Below are positions 49,479-64,000 of a stretch of DNA of 64,000 nt, one piece after another. Positions within the stretch are counted from its first letter, which is position 1. Every line of letters begins with the position of its first letter. Source of the DNA: Basidiobolus meristosporus CBS 931.73 (Eukaryota > Fungi > Basidiobolomycota). The stretch is taken from contig MCFE01000144.1 of NCBI GenBank assembly GCA_002104905.1, positions 62,001 through 126,000 on the forward strand, written 5' to 3'. The position numbers and the translations under genes were made by a program. A model generated the notes under the pieces. That model saw only the letters and a program-made list of their open reading frames with translations, did no database searches and had not been told where the DNA came from.

Positions 49479-50200
49479 ATAGTCTTCTACCAAATGAACC
49501 GCTTCCACCCCATCTGCTTTGGTTTTTTGTGTTAATTCTTTTCCTCTCGTAACTGTGTTATTATCATTTCGCTATTTCAACCACCATTGAGGTGGTTTAT
49601 AAATTGCACAAAGCCTTGGAAACCATGCCATGTATCTTGTATCACAAGAATAGGGGGTGAGATCCCCCCTGAGTGAGCGATAAATCCGTCCAAAGTATTT
49701 CATCTGATTCAAACGTGCTCGGGTACATTTAAGCATCAAATATGGAAAGGAGCTACGGGGTGCGGCTATGAGTATGGAGGAGTGCATCAATTATGACCAG
49801 AAGCATGTTTGGAGCACTCCATGTAGATTCAGGGAGCCTTGACCACCTATTGACATTTTTGGCCAAGCTCACAGTTTTAGGTTGGGGTGGCAAAACCTGT
49901 TTATGAGTGCAATGTTTCAAGAGAGGGCGGTTGTGATAGACATCCAATATAGTGAGATGCACTTGGTTCTCATCTACTCAGCCATCTCCCCTATGTATGT
50001 AACTTATTTGGGCGTTAGAGAGGCCGGAAGGAACGAGGAGTCATCGTCGATGCTTGAAAGCACGATCCATTCATCCAAGGTCACCTACCCCTATCCCTAC
50101 CAGCGCTACTAGTCACCATCGATCGATCGAAGCTGAGGGAATCAGACCATCATCCATCCACCGATGTATGGAGATCGGACACCAGCCTGATGGTTTATAA

Positions 50201-50743
<543 letters not shown>

Positions 50744-50867
50744 TTATTGCATGCCTGACGTTCCATTGATTAGACTCCGAATTTGAGATTCCACTGCCCA
50801 TTGTATAGCATAATTCAAGACAATATTATAAATATACACAACAACAACCATGCATTCATTAGTGATT

Positions 50868-52858
50868 TTAGAATGGTAGGGATGGCTCGGCATTGTGAAT
50901 ATGCAACGGCTGGGGAGGCAGATAATATTTGATTCCAACCGCGATGATGCTTTCTTGCAAGGCAAACAAAAAGCGGGTTCTACGTTCCCAGCGTCGACCT
51001 CCGTCTTGCCAATTCCCCTTGAACTCTAAGAAAATGTACAACTTCATCATGTTGGTTTTGGTCATGTCAGCAATATGGATGTTGATACTGGGGTGGTAGT
51101 CGCGGGAATTGGCCTGCAGGAAATCGTTGATCTTTTGCTCCAGCTCCATAACCTTGGCCTTCGGTGTATAGAAGTCGATGCCAAGCTCTAGAAGAAACAC
51201 CGGCTCAGTACTTCTTGGGCCAGTGATGGCTGAATGGGAAGAAACTTACCAATCGTCTCGCTTTGATTACCCGACCGGCGGATGTTGTGGATGAACTTTG
51301 TGCACATCACCTCGTTGGGAGCGTAGATCATTTGTCCATCCGCCTTGACAAAAATAGTGCTGAGCAAACCGACTTTGAACACCATTAGATTGTCTCCATC
51401 CAGAAACACACGATCGCCAGCGTCGTAAGGATGCTACAAAGCAGGGGTTAGTGCGGATAAAATCACACTGTCACGGCGAATGATACTTACAGTGACGAAG
51501 ACAAATATGATGGATTTGAAGAGGGAGGCAGCGGTAGATCCGAAGACAAACGTCAAGGCCAAGAACATGGATCCCAGGGGAATCAAGGTTTTGACAATGC
51601 TGTTGTCGAAGAGCATGCAACAAGCAATGAATAGAACGATAAAGGCAAAGACCAAGAAAATACGGTCGAGCTTCCCAACTGCCTGGGACATATCCCTCAT
51701 TCCGATCATCAACGCCTTTCTCTCCTTGTAGATGAAGATAACCATATCCTTCATCTCTCGCTTACTGATGTCGCCGTTTCCGTCTTTATCGAACAGAGCA
51801 AACGCTTTCTCTGCCTCCTTGGGTTTGTTGAAGTACGGAAGAAAATCCTCCATCACTAAGAACTGTCGTTGATTTTGGAGTGCACCAAAGAGCTTTTTGG
51901 CCAACCTGCGTGCACGCTTTTGGGAGTTGATGTCGGTATCCACCTCACCATAATCTCCGCTCAGATCCATTTCGTGCGATTTACCATCCTGGGCCTTGAT
52001 CTCTGCCATTGAGCCGCGATGGTGATGGCGTTTAGCACCACGAAGACAGTCCAGCACCTCCAGGGCATACTTTATCTCAGACATACGATCCTTATATGCT
52101 CGCCTATGAAACCGGTAGGCAATTAAATGGAGAATCAGCTTCTCCACGAACAAAATCCCGGCTGCCACGAGGAAACAAAGTAGCACGCGGAAGAAGTTCT
52201 TTTGTGGCATGTAATCAGGCTGGACTTCAACCTGACCATCTGGCAGAGTCTCAGGCTGGCTTTTAGACTCGTTGGCATGAGGAAAGAAGATCAAAAAAGA
52301 GCCCGAGGAGAACGCCATGATCAGCACGAAGTTGAAGAACTTCCTGACTGCATTGAAATGCTCAATCCTTGTTTTATATGCTTCTTGCTTAGTCGGTTTG
52401 AGGCCTTTAATGATCTTGATCATCATGAAGGGGGCCAGACGCACCGAGTAGATGGCAATGACCGAAAAGGCCCACACACAGGCCAGCCAGAAGAAGACAT
52501 TCATGACGGTGCTGTGAGACTTCCACCCGTGAGTAGCTCTGATCCCTATTGCTGGTGCCAAAAGGACTACCCCTCCCACAATCAGCAGCAGAAGGAATTT
52601 GAGGACTGATTTGGTTAAACCATTCGCATTCGACGCCGTTGCCTTTTGCTCTTCATAATGGGAATCGTCTTCGCTAACAGAATCCCAGTCGAACTGGTCA
52701 TCCTCATCCTCCATGTAATCCTTGGCCTTGATCTGCGCAGCTCTGGTAAGAGTAATCTGCACATGACCTTCTTCTTGATAAGGGTGTTAGCTTGCGGAGC
52801 TCTCATTCTCAATGATAATGCCTTAGATACCTGTCGTCTCCACCTTCTCCGTAGACAT
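50868..52858 (-). CDS. MscS-like mechanosensitive channel with EF-hand (Msy1/Msy2-like), multi-exon
   Basis: ATG at 52858 (MSTEKVETT) plus intron; several TM helices; FDKDGNGDISKREM EF-hand; HPYDAGDRV, NIRRSG, NWQD..R. Confidence 0.92.
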
Positions 52859-53871
52859 CTGTTACAAGATACGGCTGCAAGTCGCTATTCCTCGTTGCTA
52901 TAAAGCCCAATAGCAACTTTTATACCCGGCGCACCCTAGCTGACCAAACAATCACTTGCCATAGATGAGAGTCATTTTGATTTTCCTTTTTCAGAACCTC
53001 ATATTAACTCCCAGGCCCTCTCGATTCATTGTACAACGACTTGCTTCCTTATACTGGCCCAAGATTCATAAAAGGGAGCGGATGGCATCTTTATGATTGG
53101 GCCATCTCGTGCTCTTGAACACTGGATAATATCCTAGCTGGATAGTTTGAAGCATAAATCGTTTGTGCTACATTTCCAATAACAAGGTGTCTCCTTCTAA
53201 GAAGATGGGATTTACAGATGATTTGCGATTTCTTATTTGAAACTCGCCCCAAGCTGTTTGAGATTAATTCGAGAGAATAATGGTCCAATCCACCCAATAT
53301 ATGAGTGGCTTTGAGGAACGTCTACTGTGTACTCTGCTTACTGAGAATGACGCAGGAACGTAGGTGCTACGAGGTGCATTGCTGATTTTTTCAAATACCC
53401 TGAGTTCTCTCTTCAAACAAACCCGATTGTCTACGAAATTGGGGATGTGGGAACGTCACTATTACGTCGCTTCAACAACAATATTCTCAAGCCAGTGGTC
53501 CGAATCATCCGTGTCTACCCTGCTGAAAGGGCCCGGTGGTGGCAAACCATCAATCTGTGGATATGCCTTATAACTGGGATTGATGGCATTATTTAAACCG
53601 ATTTGGCTTCGTGTGTGGGTGTGTGAATGCTTAATAAAGATCTGACACTAAACAACTGATTCGTTGGCCAAATAAAAATCGCCTGCCAATCAAGGGTGAT
53701 GAATTCTCGAAATAAGGGTACAGTATTGAATTTTTTTGTTGGCAATGCTACGGAAAAGCTCGCATGGTAGATTCGTAAAAAAAAATCTAAGACGATTTCT
53801 ACGTAGTGCTCCCTTTGCTGGAAAAGGTCAACCACAAAGCTAGTTTCTTTCTGGGAGGTCTACTTCATAAA

Positions 53872-56800
53872 ATGGCTGACCAGGACGATTTCGTTTCGCC
53901 GTTGGAGCTATCTTGGCCAGATTTCATCAGGAGTAAACTCTTGGTAGGAATCACCAACTCGAGCGTCAACTCTCGGCTCGAATTGATAGAGCAAGGTCTT
54001 ATCCCGAAAATCAAACAAAAAGGTATGATTCTAATGATTCAATTCTTGATTACACTAGATCAAACTCTAGTTTCGAAAGTGAATTCCGCCCAAAGTCAGA
54101 TCACCTCCCTTCACCCTCATCAAACTAATATGCATTTCCATCCAGATTTTCCCGAACAAGCGCTTCCCTCACTCCTCCGTTTGATATTCCTCACGTACCC
54201 TCGTTATCAAGATCACGCATCTCGTCGTGCCATCCTGAAGGTGTTCACAGAGCTGTTCAAATGGAATTCAGAGGCATTGTTGAAAGCAGCCAACATTGCT
54301 TTTATGCGCGAAGTAGATGCCGTCAATAAGAGATCAGGAGAATTTGGGTTGGTATTTCATGGAGAGCAACATTCACACTTGTGTGCGATTTTACCTTGAA
54401 TTTACTAACCCTCGCATACCATCTCCTCTAGTCCTTTCACAACCTCGGAATCTTCTCGTTTCGTAGTTCTTACTTGGGTGAATCATATGATTTCCCTCAT
54501 CTTGAGCTTGTATGACTCGGATATTGATTCCCTCAAACAATCCCCCTACTGGCCTTCCTTCATTAAGCATCAAGCTGTTCTGTACGACGGTCTTCTTGCC
54601 AGTAAAAGAAAGGGGATTAGAAAGGGCGCTATCACTGATGTTCGCAGGGTCATCCGAAAGTATCCCAATTTCATGGAAGAGTACCTCTCCCAAGCTTTAA
54701 GCGTATCCGTGACACCAGCACATAGAATTGTTGCGTTAGTAGGAACTATCGTTGATGTCTCCTTGAGAGTGTCATCCGTTAAGAGAGATCTAGTTGAGAA
54801 GAAAAAAGAGGCTATCGTCAAGCTCTACCTTTCGAGCATCTTATCTTCCAAGCAGGCTATACCCTCCTTTGTATCTGGGACTCTTCGGGATTTCTTCTTC
54901 AACTTTATTAGCGAGGAAGAGTTCAAACAACAACTAGTCCCTACAATGGAAAGAATGCTCCTTCGTTCACCCGAAGTTGCCTTGAACGCCATTTCCGATG
55001 TGGTTAATGCATTGAATTTCGACTTGGGCGAGCTTTTCTCCACCACTTTTGCCAAACCCATAATAAGCTCTTTCCAATCAAGCAACGTGAAAGTTCGTAA
55101 CGACGCAATTAGCCTCTTCAAACACCTATCTCAGCGCAGCCACAGCGACAAAAACCTTTCTTCAGTAGCACAAGAAATGATCAAAATGATTACCGGTGGA
55201 AAGGTTTCCAATGCCGACCAACGTAGCACATTCTATCAATGCCTTAGTGGAATGACCACCTCTCCTATCGTTTCCATCGAAATCTTGGACAAATTGGGTC
55301 CCCAAGTTGCTAAGGAATCTAACGAAAATATCGCTGCGGTCTTGATCAGCTCTTTGGGCAACCAGCTTGAAGCCTTAAGTACCTTGCCTAGTGACCAAAT
55401 CACTCCCGAGGTAAAGAGCAGTGTTGATAGCTTCATGAAACTTCTCCTTGCCGGTCTTAAAAGCAACAAGCCAACCATCAAGAAGAGTTGGACATTGGTC
55501 TGCGGTAGTGCTGTCTGGAAGAGCAGGGATCTAGAACAGGCTGTTCTAAGCTCATACGCCCCAGACTTCATGAAACTACTCCTCGATACTGCCAACAAAA
55601 TCTATCAAAACCCCATTCAATATCCTAGTGGACCACTTGAGGGATATATCGCTATTTCTGTTGCTGAAAATATCAAACACTGGAATACTGGCAGTTCGGT
55701 CCAAGATAGCTTATCGAACTACTTTGACATCTCTCCCAAGCCATCATTCTTCCTCATGGATCGAATCTACAACAAGTTAACCACTGAAGAGGAGTGCTTA
55801 TGGTTGGTCAGAGCAGTGGAAAGTGTGATACTAGAGGAGAAGAACTTGTCTAGAGAAGTCAAAGACGCTCTAGCCTATATTTTCATCTATGGAGTTACCA
55901 GCTTCCCTCACTATGAATCCAGAAACGAAGCTTACTCTGCTCTGCAGAGATTATGCCAAGTATGTCCCGTTAAAATCGGGGAAGTAATGTGCCACGGGCT
56001 CGAGAAATGGATACTAGACCTTGAGAAGCAATCTCATGAGCCTACAAGAAAATCTGCCTATCGTCTCTCACGTGTGTTGACAGCAATTACCAGCTTCAAG
56101 CCTGATCTTGAAGAGGTTGCCGTGGAAAACGCTCTCTTGGATTTGGCTTTGATCTCCCACCATCCTTTCGTAGTCTCACCGACAGATAAATACTCATGGT
56201 TGACATTGGCTTACAGGGCCAATATCAATCCTGGCAAGTTGGTGGCTGATAGTTTCAATGCTTTGGAAAAATTGTTCATCGACAGAACCATCAACAACTA
56301 CTCATCCAAGCTCTTCTACAAGGCAGCCATATCACTGGCCTCAACACTTACTTTGGTTAATCCCGAAAGATCGATTCCAGAACTGTTGAGAATTTGTGAA
56401 GACGACTTGAAGGCTGACATTTTGAACGACGTTGACCAAGAGAATGTAGAAATCTGGAAGACACCCGAAGGAGTCTTACATGTTGATGTTCTGAAACGCA
56501 GCAAATACGAGGAAAATAAGAATCGTAAGAATTACGCTACTGACAAGTGGGAAGAAGATCTTCGTAAGGAAATCGCCAAGAAGAGAGGCGAGGATAAGCA
56601 AGTCAAGTTGACCAAAGAGGAGCAAGCTACCGTTGACGCCCAACTAGCTAAAGAGTCTAAGATCAGAAAGCATATTCAAGGTGTATACAACAAACTAGTT
56701 CGCGGTCTAGATATCATCGGTGCCATGGTTTCCGGAAACAAGGAAGCTCTCGGCGAGCATCTTGTCGACGTCGTCAGACTTTTGCTCGGCGGCATCGTTC

Positions 56801-59800
56801 AGAAGGGTGGCTTACTTGTTGGAAGTAAAGCAGTCGAGACCTACATTAGTGTTGGTGATTGCACCTCCGACAGCCTTCAAGGCATCCGAGAGATTTTGGG
56901 ATTAGCCACTCTTAGGGCAATCAAGGTGAAGGAAATCCCCGAATCGTGGTGTGCCGAGCCCTTGTATGATATGGTCATCCGTGTGCTATATCGTTTGCGA
57001 TTTGCCACCGAAAAGGCTCCTCTCTCTCCTTCCTCTTTCTCCTACTGCTTCCCCTTGATTCACCAAATCATTCGAGAGAACGGGGTTGGGGCTCCCTCTG
57101 AATCGCGAGTTCTCCATCCTGACGAAGAGAGTCAGTATGACAAGACCCCTGAGCAGGTTGTTATCGCCATCGATATTATTTCATTCCATTGTAAATTCAG
57201 CGAGTCGCTTTTGGTGCCCAGAAAAGAGATGATCGAGTCTTTGCTGCAGGTTATTCGTTGTTACAACAAGTTGAATAGCGTTGCCAAGAAATCACTGGCC
57301 GTTTTGTGCGAGTCTATGGGCGATACCGCGACCTTGCCTGAAATGTTTACACTCTTGAAGGGACTTCTCTCCGAGAGCCTTTTGGTCAGAACCGCCTGCC
57401 TCGAAGCGTTGGATTTCTTGGATCTGACCGATATAGATTTCTCCAGCGAATTGTGGGTTGCTTGCCATGAAGACAATGAAGCCAACGCCGATCTTGCCGC
57501 TACTTTGTGGGACGAAAATAGCATGGAAATCCCAGAGAATTATCTCTCTTACCTTCTACCCCTCGTTATCCACCAGAACAAGAACGTAAGGGTTAGCGCT
57601 GCCAAGGCACTCGCAGGTGCCATTCAGTTCCACCCGCAAAGTATATCTGATTCCTTGGTGGACATCTACAACAAGTACAAAGAGCTTGCTACTCCTATCG
57701 TGCCCGAGTATGACGAATTTGGTATGGTGATTCGCTCTTCGTTAGAAAAGGAGGACCCTTGGGCTGGCAGAGTCGGACTTGCGTCCGCGTTGGTCGCCTG
57801 CGCTCCCCTTATGCTCCCTGAAAACTTGGCTCCATTCTTCCACTTCTTGATTCAAGAGGAGGCACTTGGTGATCGTCACGAAAGTGTCCGTCAAAGAATG
57901 CTCGATGCCGGGTTGGCAGTTATTTCTGCACATGGACAGAAGCGAGTTGAAAGCTTGATGCCGTTGTTCGAGTCATACCTTAGTTCTCCTGCCCGCCCTA
58001 ACGATACACAAGACCGTATTCGTGAATCCGTCGTTATTCTATTTGGCTCGTTGGCTGGACATCTTGACGCTTCCAACCCCAAGATTCCTACCGCTGTAGA
58101 GAAGCTGATCGAAACTTTGAAAACTCCCTCCGAGCCGGTCCAAGTTGCGGTTAGCCAGTGCTTGCCACCACTTATCAAGGCCATGAAGCCCAAGGCTCCA
58201 AAACTGATCGATCAGCTCTTAAACGATTTGTTGAATGCTGAGAAATACGCTGAGAGACGAGGTGCGGCTTATGGCTTGGCTGGTACTATCAAGGGATGCG
58301 GAATTGCATTCATCAAGACTTGTGATATCATGACCACCCTCAAGAACGCAATTGCCGAAAAGAAGAATTACAAGCATCGTCAAGGTGCTCTCTTCGCTTT
58401 TGAGACATTGTCACTTAACCTTGGCCGCTTCTTCGAACCCTACATCATCCAGATTATTCCTCTGCTGCTCACATGCTTCAGTGATAACACTGCGGATGTG
58501 CGTGAGGCCACTGTCGACGCATCTCGTGTGATTATGAGCAAGATTAGCGGACATTGTGTTAAGCTTATTCTCCCCTCACTTCTAAAGGCTTTGGAAGACA
58601 AGCAATGGCGTACCAAGCAAGGCTCCGTCCAATTGCTAGGATCTATGGCGTACTGCGCACCCAAGCAATTATCCATTAGCTTGCCTACTATTATTCCTTG
58701 CTTGATCGAAGTACTCGCCGATTCCCATCAGAATGTACAGAAGTCTGCCAACGAGTCTCTTATGACCTTTGGTGAGGTCATTAGCAACCCTGAGATCCAG
58801 GCTTTGGTCCCTATCATTATGGATTCGCTCTCCGATCCCAACAATAAGACTGAGGCTGGTCTGACTGCTCTATTAGGAACCGCCTTTGTTCATTACATCG
58901 ATGCCCCTTCGTTGGCCCTTGTCATGCCTATCTTGCAAAGAGGCTTGAAGGAAAGAAGCACCGAAGTTAAGAAGAAGGGCGCTCGTATCGTTGGTAATAT
59001 GTGCTCTCTCACCGACAAGAAGGATCTCGTCCCATACTTGCCTTCTCTTCTTCCTAGCTTGAAGGAGGTTCTAGCTGACCCAGTGCCTGATGCTCGTGCA
59101 ACTGCTGCAAAGGCCTTGGGTACAATGGTGGAGAAGCTCGGTGAACAGAACTTCCCTGAACTTGTTAACGGACTTATCTACACACTCAAGACAGACTCGA
59201 GCGGTGTTGATAGAGAAGGTGCGGCCCAAGGTCTTTCTGAGATCTTGGCCGGATTGGGTATCGATCGCATGGAGACTATGTTGCCTGAGATCATCGAATA
59301 CACCACAAGTCCCAAATCCTATGTTCGTGAAGGCTTCGTTACACTGCTCATTTACTTGCCTGCCACCTTCGGAGAACAATTCACACCTTATCTTGGCCGC
59401 ACCATTCCTCCTATTCTTAAGGGTCTGGCCGATGACTCGGAGTACGTTAGAGATGCCTCTCTTCGTGCCGGTCAAATTATCGTCACCAACTATGCAACCA
59501 AGGCAGTTGACTTACTGTTGCCCGAACTTGAGAAGGGATTGTTCGACGAGAACTGGCGTATTAGACACAGTTCCGTTCAACTCATCGGAGAACTCCTCTA
59601 CAAGATTACCGGTATCTCGGCTAACACCGATGAAGAAACCGGAGAGGAAACCGAAGAAACCGCAGTCAATGAGTCTACCCGCAAGGTTCTTCTTGAAACT
59701 CTTGGTAAAGATAGACGTGACCGTGTGCTTGCTTCTCTGTTCATTGTTAGAAATGATGTATCTGGAGTTGTTCGTCAAGCGACTGTTTCCGTTTGGAAAT

Positions 59801-62058
59801 CAATTGTTAGCAACACTCCTCGTACGCTCAAGGAGATTCTCTATGTTGTCATGGATATCATCATCAACAACCTTGCCAGCCCTGTATTCGATAAGCGCCA
59901 GGTTGCTGCTCGTACGTTAGGTGATATGGTTCGCAAGCTTGGTGAAAGTATCCTCTCCGAGATCATTCCCATTCTGGAGAAGGGTCTTGATGCTGAAGAA
60001 AGTGGAACTAGACAAGGTGTATGCATTGGTCTTGGTGAGATCATGGCCACCGCCGGAAAGGTTCATATCATTGATTACATTGAAGCACTTATTCCATCAG
60101 TTCGTAAAGCTCTTCTGGATCCCTCCCCCGAAGTACGTGAAGCAGCTGCTCAGGCCTTTGATAACCTTCATCAACACGTTGGTTCTAGAGCCATCGATGA
60201 CATTCTTCCTCATCTTCTTAATGAGCTCAAGAGCGGCAACAACGAAAACGCATTGGAGGCCCTCAAGGAAATCATGTCTGTACGCGCCAATGTTGTTTTC
60301 CCAGTTCTTATCCCAACCTTGATCACGGTGCCCATCTCTTCTTTCAACGCTCGTGCCTTGGGCTCCCTGATCTCTGTGTCTGGCTCGGCCCTCAGCAAGC
60401 GATTCAGCCAACTGTTGACTGCGTTGATGGACTCGCTCTCGCAAGAAGACCAAGAGGCTGTTGTCGAATGCCGCGAAACCATCAAGATTCTTATTTCCTC
60501 AGTTGATGATATCGAAGGCTTGCACAATTTGATGATGATGCTGTTCGAGATCGTCAAGAGCAATGACGCCTCTCAGCGTTCTAGCGCTTGTGAGATTCTC
60601 GCCGTCTTCTGCGCCGCCAACAAGGTGGATATGTTCCGTTACGTCCACGATTGGTTCCGTACTTTGATTGCTTTGTTGAATGATAAGCATGTTATGCAAT
60701 CCGCTTGGAAGGCCCTTGATAGTATCACCAAATCCATGAAGAAGGAGGATCTTGATCAATACGTTGTTCCAGTCCGTCGTGCCCTTAAGGGAACCACTGA
60801 TCGTCTGTATGCAGGCCAAACACTTCCTGGTTTCTGCTTGACCAAGGGTATTGGGCCATTGCTTCCTATTTTCTTGCAAGGGTTGATGTATGGTAGCCCA
60901 GAAACCCGCGAACAAGCCGCTCTTGGTATCGGAGACTTGGTCCAATGGACTTCTTCTGACGCCCTCAAACCGTTCGTCACGCAAATCACCGGTCCATTGA
61001 TTCGTATCATCGGTGATCGCTTCCCTCCACAGGTGAAGGCCGCTATTCTGCAAACTTTGGGAGACTTGCTCAACAAAGTATCCATCATGCTTAAGCCATT
61101 CTTGCCTCAGCTTCAAAGAACTTTCATCAAGTGCCTCTCTGATCCCACACCAGTTGTACGTGAGCGTGCCGCAGTGGCTCTGGGAGTTTTGATCACCTTG
61201 CAGTCACGTGTTGACCCGTTGGTCGTGGAATTGAATGCTGGTATCAAGGCCAATGAAGGAGGTATTCGGGAAACCATGTTGAAGGCTCTTGAGCAAGTCA
61301 TCTTCCACGCAGCTGGTAACTTGTCGGACGCTAGCAAGCAGATTGTGGAGAAAACCGCACTCGAGGGACTGTCTGATCCTAGCGAGATGGTTCGCGAGAC
61401 TTCCTCGAAGTGTCTTGGCAGTTTGTGCAAGACTCTGCCCAGCGACCAGGCCCGCCCCATCATTTCCAACATCCTGAGCGAAGCCAAGGGTGGCGCCATG
61501 GGCCCTGTATTGGGAATCAAGGCGATCCTTGAGGACAGTCCGGTTGCGTTTGAGAATCTGGGCTTGACCGAGGAGCTGGTAGAGGTGGTCGCCCAAAGCA
61601 TTGAAAACCCCCATATGACAGAGGTGGGTATTTTGGCCGCAGATGCCATCTTATCCGGAAATGCCTGCGGCCCTGAGGAGAGCAAGAAGAAGATCATCGA
61701 TGCACTCATGACCGTCCTCGGAGGCAAATCGACCGAATGCAAGCGTCTTACGTTGCGCGCAATCAAGAACGTTGCCAAGCGCAACAATGAGGTCATCAGC
61801 CCATATATTGACCAGATTGTTCCAACCATCATGGCGTGTGTCAAGGAGCGTAGCATCCCCGTGAAACTTGCTGGGGAACGAGCCATGTTGTATCTTTTCC
61901 AGCTACCTGAAACCGACAGTCTTATCCAAACCTACATCGAAGCCCAGGAGCCAGGCCTGAAGAAGACAGTTAGTGATTATTATCGTCGTGTACTTGTCAA
62001 GCTAGCAGACACTGTGCGTCAGCCAGAGTATATTAGTGATGAGGAAGACCAGTATTAA
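53872..62058 (+). CDS. GCN1: Translational activator GCN1 (HEAT repeats), 2659 aa, 3 exons (53872-54022, 54146-54347, 54432-62058)
   Basis: YAERRGAAYGLAG, FEPYIIQIIP, WRTKQGSVQLLGSMAYCAPKQLS, VTQITGPLIR; exon lengths sum to 7980 nt. Confidence 0.97.
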
Positions 62059-62564
62059 CCCCCCCCCCTTCATCCTCATCCTCATCCTCTTCCCCTTGAA
62101 GTGAATGTGCCTTCTTCACCCTCCCCAAAACCGAAATCCATACCCGTTGACTTGACAAAATTCTAATATACATGAAGTATTACGACATACATCCAGTTCC
62201 GATGAATTCTTGTTTGTTGGTGGTGGACCCGTCACCTGACCCGGATTATTCCTATGTACTACGGCTATTAGTCTGGAGAGTGTGATCACCGCAATACGAC
62301 AGTGGACCCTGTGTTTGTTTGCTGGGTTGCCCATTTCGCATGAAACACACCACCGCATCAAACCATCGGCATGTTTGACGGGTTTGAAATTGATTTATTA
62401 TTGGAATATATAGGGAGTTCACATCGAGCGTTCTCAGCAGAGAAAGGAAAAATTTTCCTGCCTGCCAGATCGATTCTTGAAAAATTGGTCAATTATCAGC
62501 TTGGATCACTTCGATAGCCACCACCTACGCTTCCTTCACGTCCACCTCCACGTCCACGTTACAC

Positions 62565-64000
62565 ATGCTTCAAGAGAAAGAGGGGAAATTCACCGCTTCG
62601 AAAACAGAGTCGGTCAAGCCCCAAGCCAAACCGTTGTCGACTGTCGAAAGCACCAGCCAACAGGCGTGGCTACACTTCGTCGCTGGAGGGTAAGGAGTTT
62701 CTTGAGGGGACGGTCGGTAGCCAGTGATTAATCGGACTATTTAGTGTTGGAGGGATGATAGGCTCCTCCCTGACGTGTCCTTTGGATGTGGTGAAGACGA
62801 GACTTCAGGTACTGCCAACTCGACCGAGATTGATCCCTCACGACCCTGCGTGTTAACCTTCCCCCCAGTCTTCCCTGTATAAGCCAACCCCCACTTTCTA
62901 CTCGCACGCCCACCGCACGGTTTTCTCCACCGTCAGCACCCACGTCGTGGAGACCATCGGGATATTGAAGTACGCTTGGATTTGTCGTTGATCAGTGTTC
63001 GGGTACGGGGATAATAACGGTTACTTTCTTGCACCAGAACCATTCACCATCAGGAAGGTGTCCGTGGACTGTTCAAGGGACTGGGCCCCATCCTGGTGGG
63101 CGTGGTCCCTGCCAGAGCCATCTACTTCGCCGCCTACGGAAGCGGCAAACGCTTCTTGTCGGACCTGAACGGAGGAAAGGAGACTTCCTTGGTTCACCTT
63201 AGTGCAGCAGCCAGTGCCGGTAAAGACAAGCCTTCGCAACTCTGGTGTGTTGCAAAGCGCCCTCTAAAATTGTTTTCTCGTATGAAGGGATCATCACCGC
63301 GACCGCCACCAGCCCCATTTGGTTGGTCAAGACTCGTATCCAGCTTCAAGCAATGGAGCCCTCCGCCATCCGCTACAAGAACAGTCTCGATTGCGCTTAT
63401 CAGGTAGTCAAGACCGAGGGAGTGCTGGGACTGTATAGAGGAGTTAGTGCTTCCTACTTAGGTTTGTGCAGGATTGTTTGACCCACATAGTCCAGGCCAA
63501 CCGCTAACGATCCGTTCCAGGTGTTACGGAGGGGACCCTCCAGTGGGTCGTCTACGAAAAACTCAAGTCCATGATTCACCGCCGTCGTCGTGCGGAGAAC
63601 GATGAAGGGGTCAGCACAGAGAACAAGTCATTCGGAGGTAAGTTGTGCTGGAGATGGCTTGCAGGCGTGCCGACGATGGTTAACCTTACTTGCGTACAGA
63701 CTGGATGGAGTACTTTGCCGCTGCAGGAACTGCCAAGCTTTTCGCAGCAGTGGTGACTTATCCTCACGAGGTAATTTGGATGGTCACCTTGAGCTCCCTC
63801 CGCATCCCCCTCACATTTTCCCCCTTCCCATAGGTTGTGCGTACCAGATTGAGACAAACGCCTTCGGTCGACGGAGTCCACAAATACACCGGGCTCACCC
63901 AGTGCTTCAAGCTGATCTTGAAGGAAGAGGGTGTGGCCGCTCTTTACGGCGGTATGACGGCGCATGTGATGCGCGCAGTTCCCAACGCAGCGATCATGTT
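62565..64000 (+). CDS. RIM2: Mitochondrial pyrimidine nucleotide carrier (RIM2 / SLC25A33/36-like), multi-exon, truncated by the window end
   Basis: AWLHFVAGG, TCPLDVVKTRLQ, GVVPARAIYF, PIWLVKTRIQLQ, YPHEVVRTRLRQ, MRAVPNAAIM. Confidence 0.88.

Noticed and set aside
54512-61886. Antisense and alternate-frame ORFs overlapping GCN1 (up to 276 aa)
   Set aside because: Expected shadows of a long, codon-biased CDS; no motifs

Overview
Eukaryotic DNA from a fungus. Short GT-AG introns with CTAAC branch points and the protein sequences suggest an early-diverging lineage such as Zoopagomycota or Mucoromycota (inference; no database search was run). The window has two sharply different halves. (1) About 1-39.0 kb is an AT-rich, almost CpG-free block of nested transposons with no recognisable host gene. 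It holds at least three Ty1/copia LTR families, all with an initiator-tRNA-Met half-molecule primer site. One copia is young and full-length (5737-10421; 370-bp LTRs with 4 mismatches; TATTA TSD) and one is old and full-length (31188-35832; ATATC TSD). There are also Ty3/gypsy relics (one with a chromodomain), solo LTRs, and a 749-bp foldback element. Four self-nested copies of a CACTA-like DNA transposon end in CCCTA and carry a divergently oriented, repeat-containing accessory gene. (2) About 39.3-64 kb is CpG-normal and gene-dense: a DUF2235/Tle1-like alpha/beta hydrolase, a secreted Cys-rich protein, THI4, NSA1/WDR74, a CDK1/CDC28 with a PTTAIRE motif, a C2H2 zinc-finger gene, an MscS-like EF-hand channel, GCN1 and a RIM2-like mitochondrial carrier that runs off the end. 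The supplied ORF track uses non-ATG starts and ignores introns, so gene models were rebuilt by hand. All alignments and counts were done by eye.
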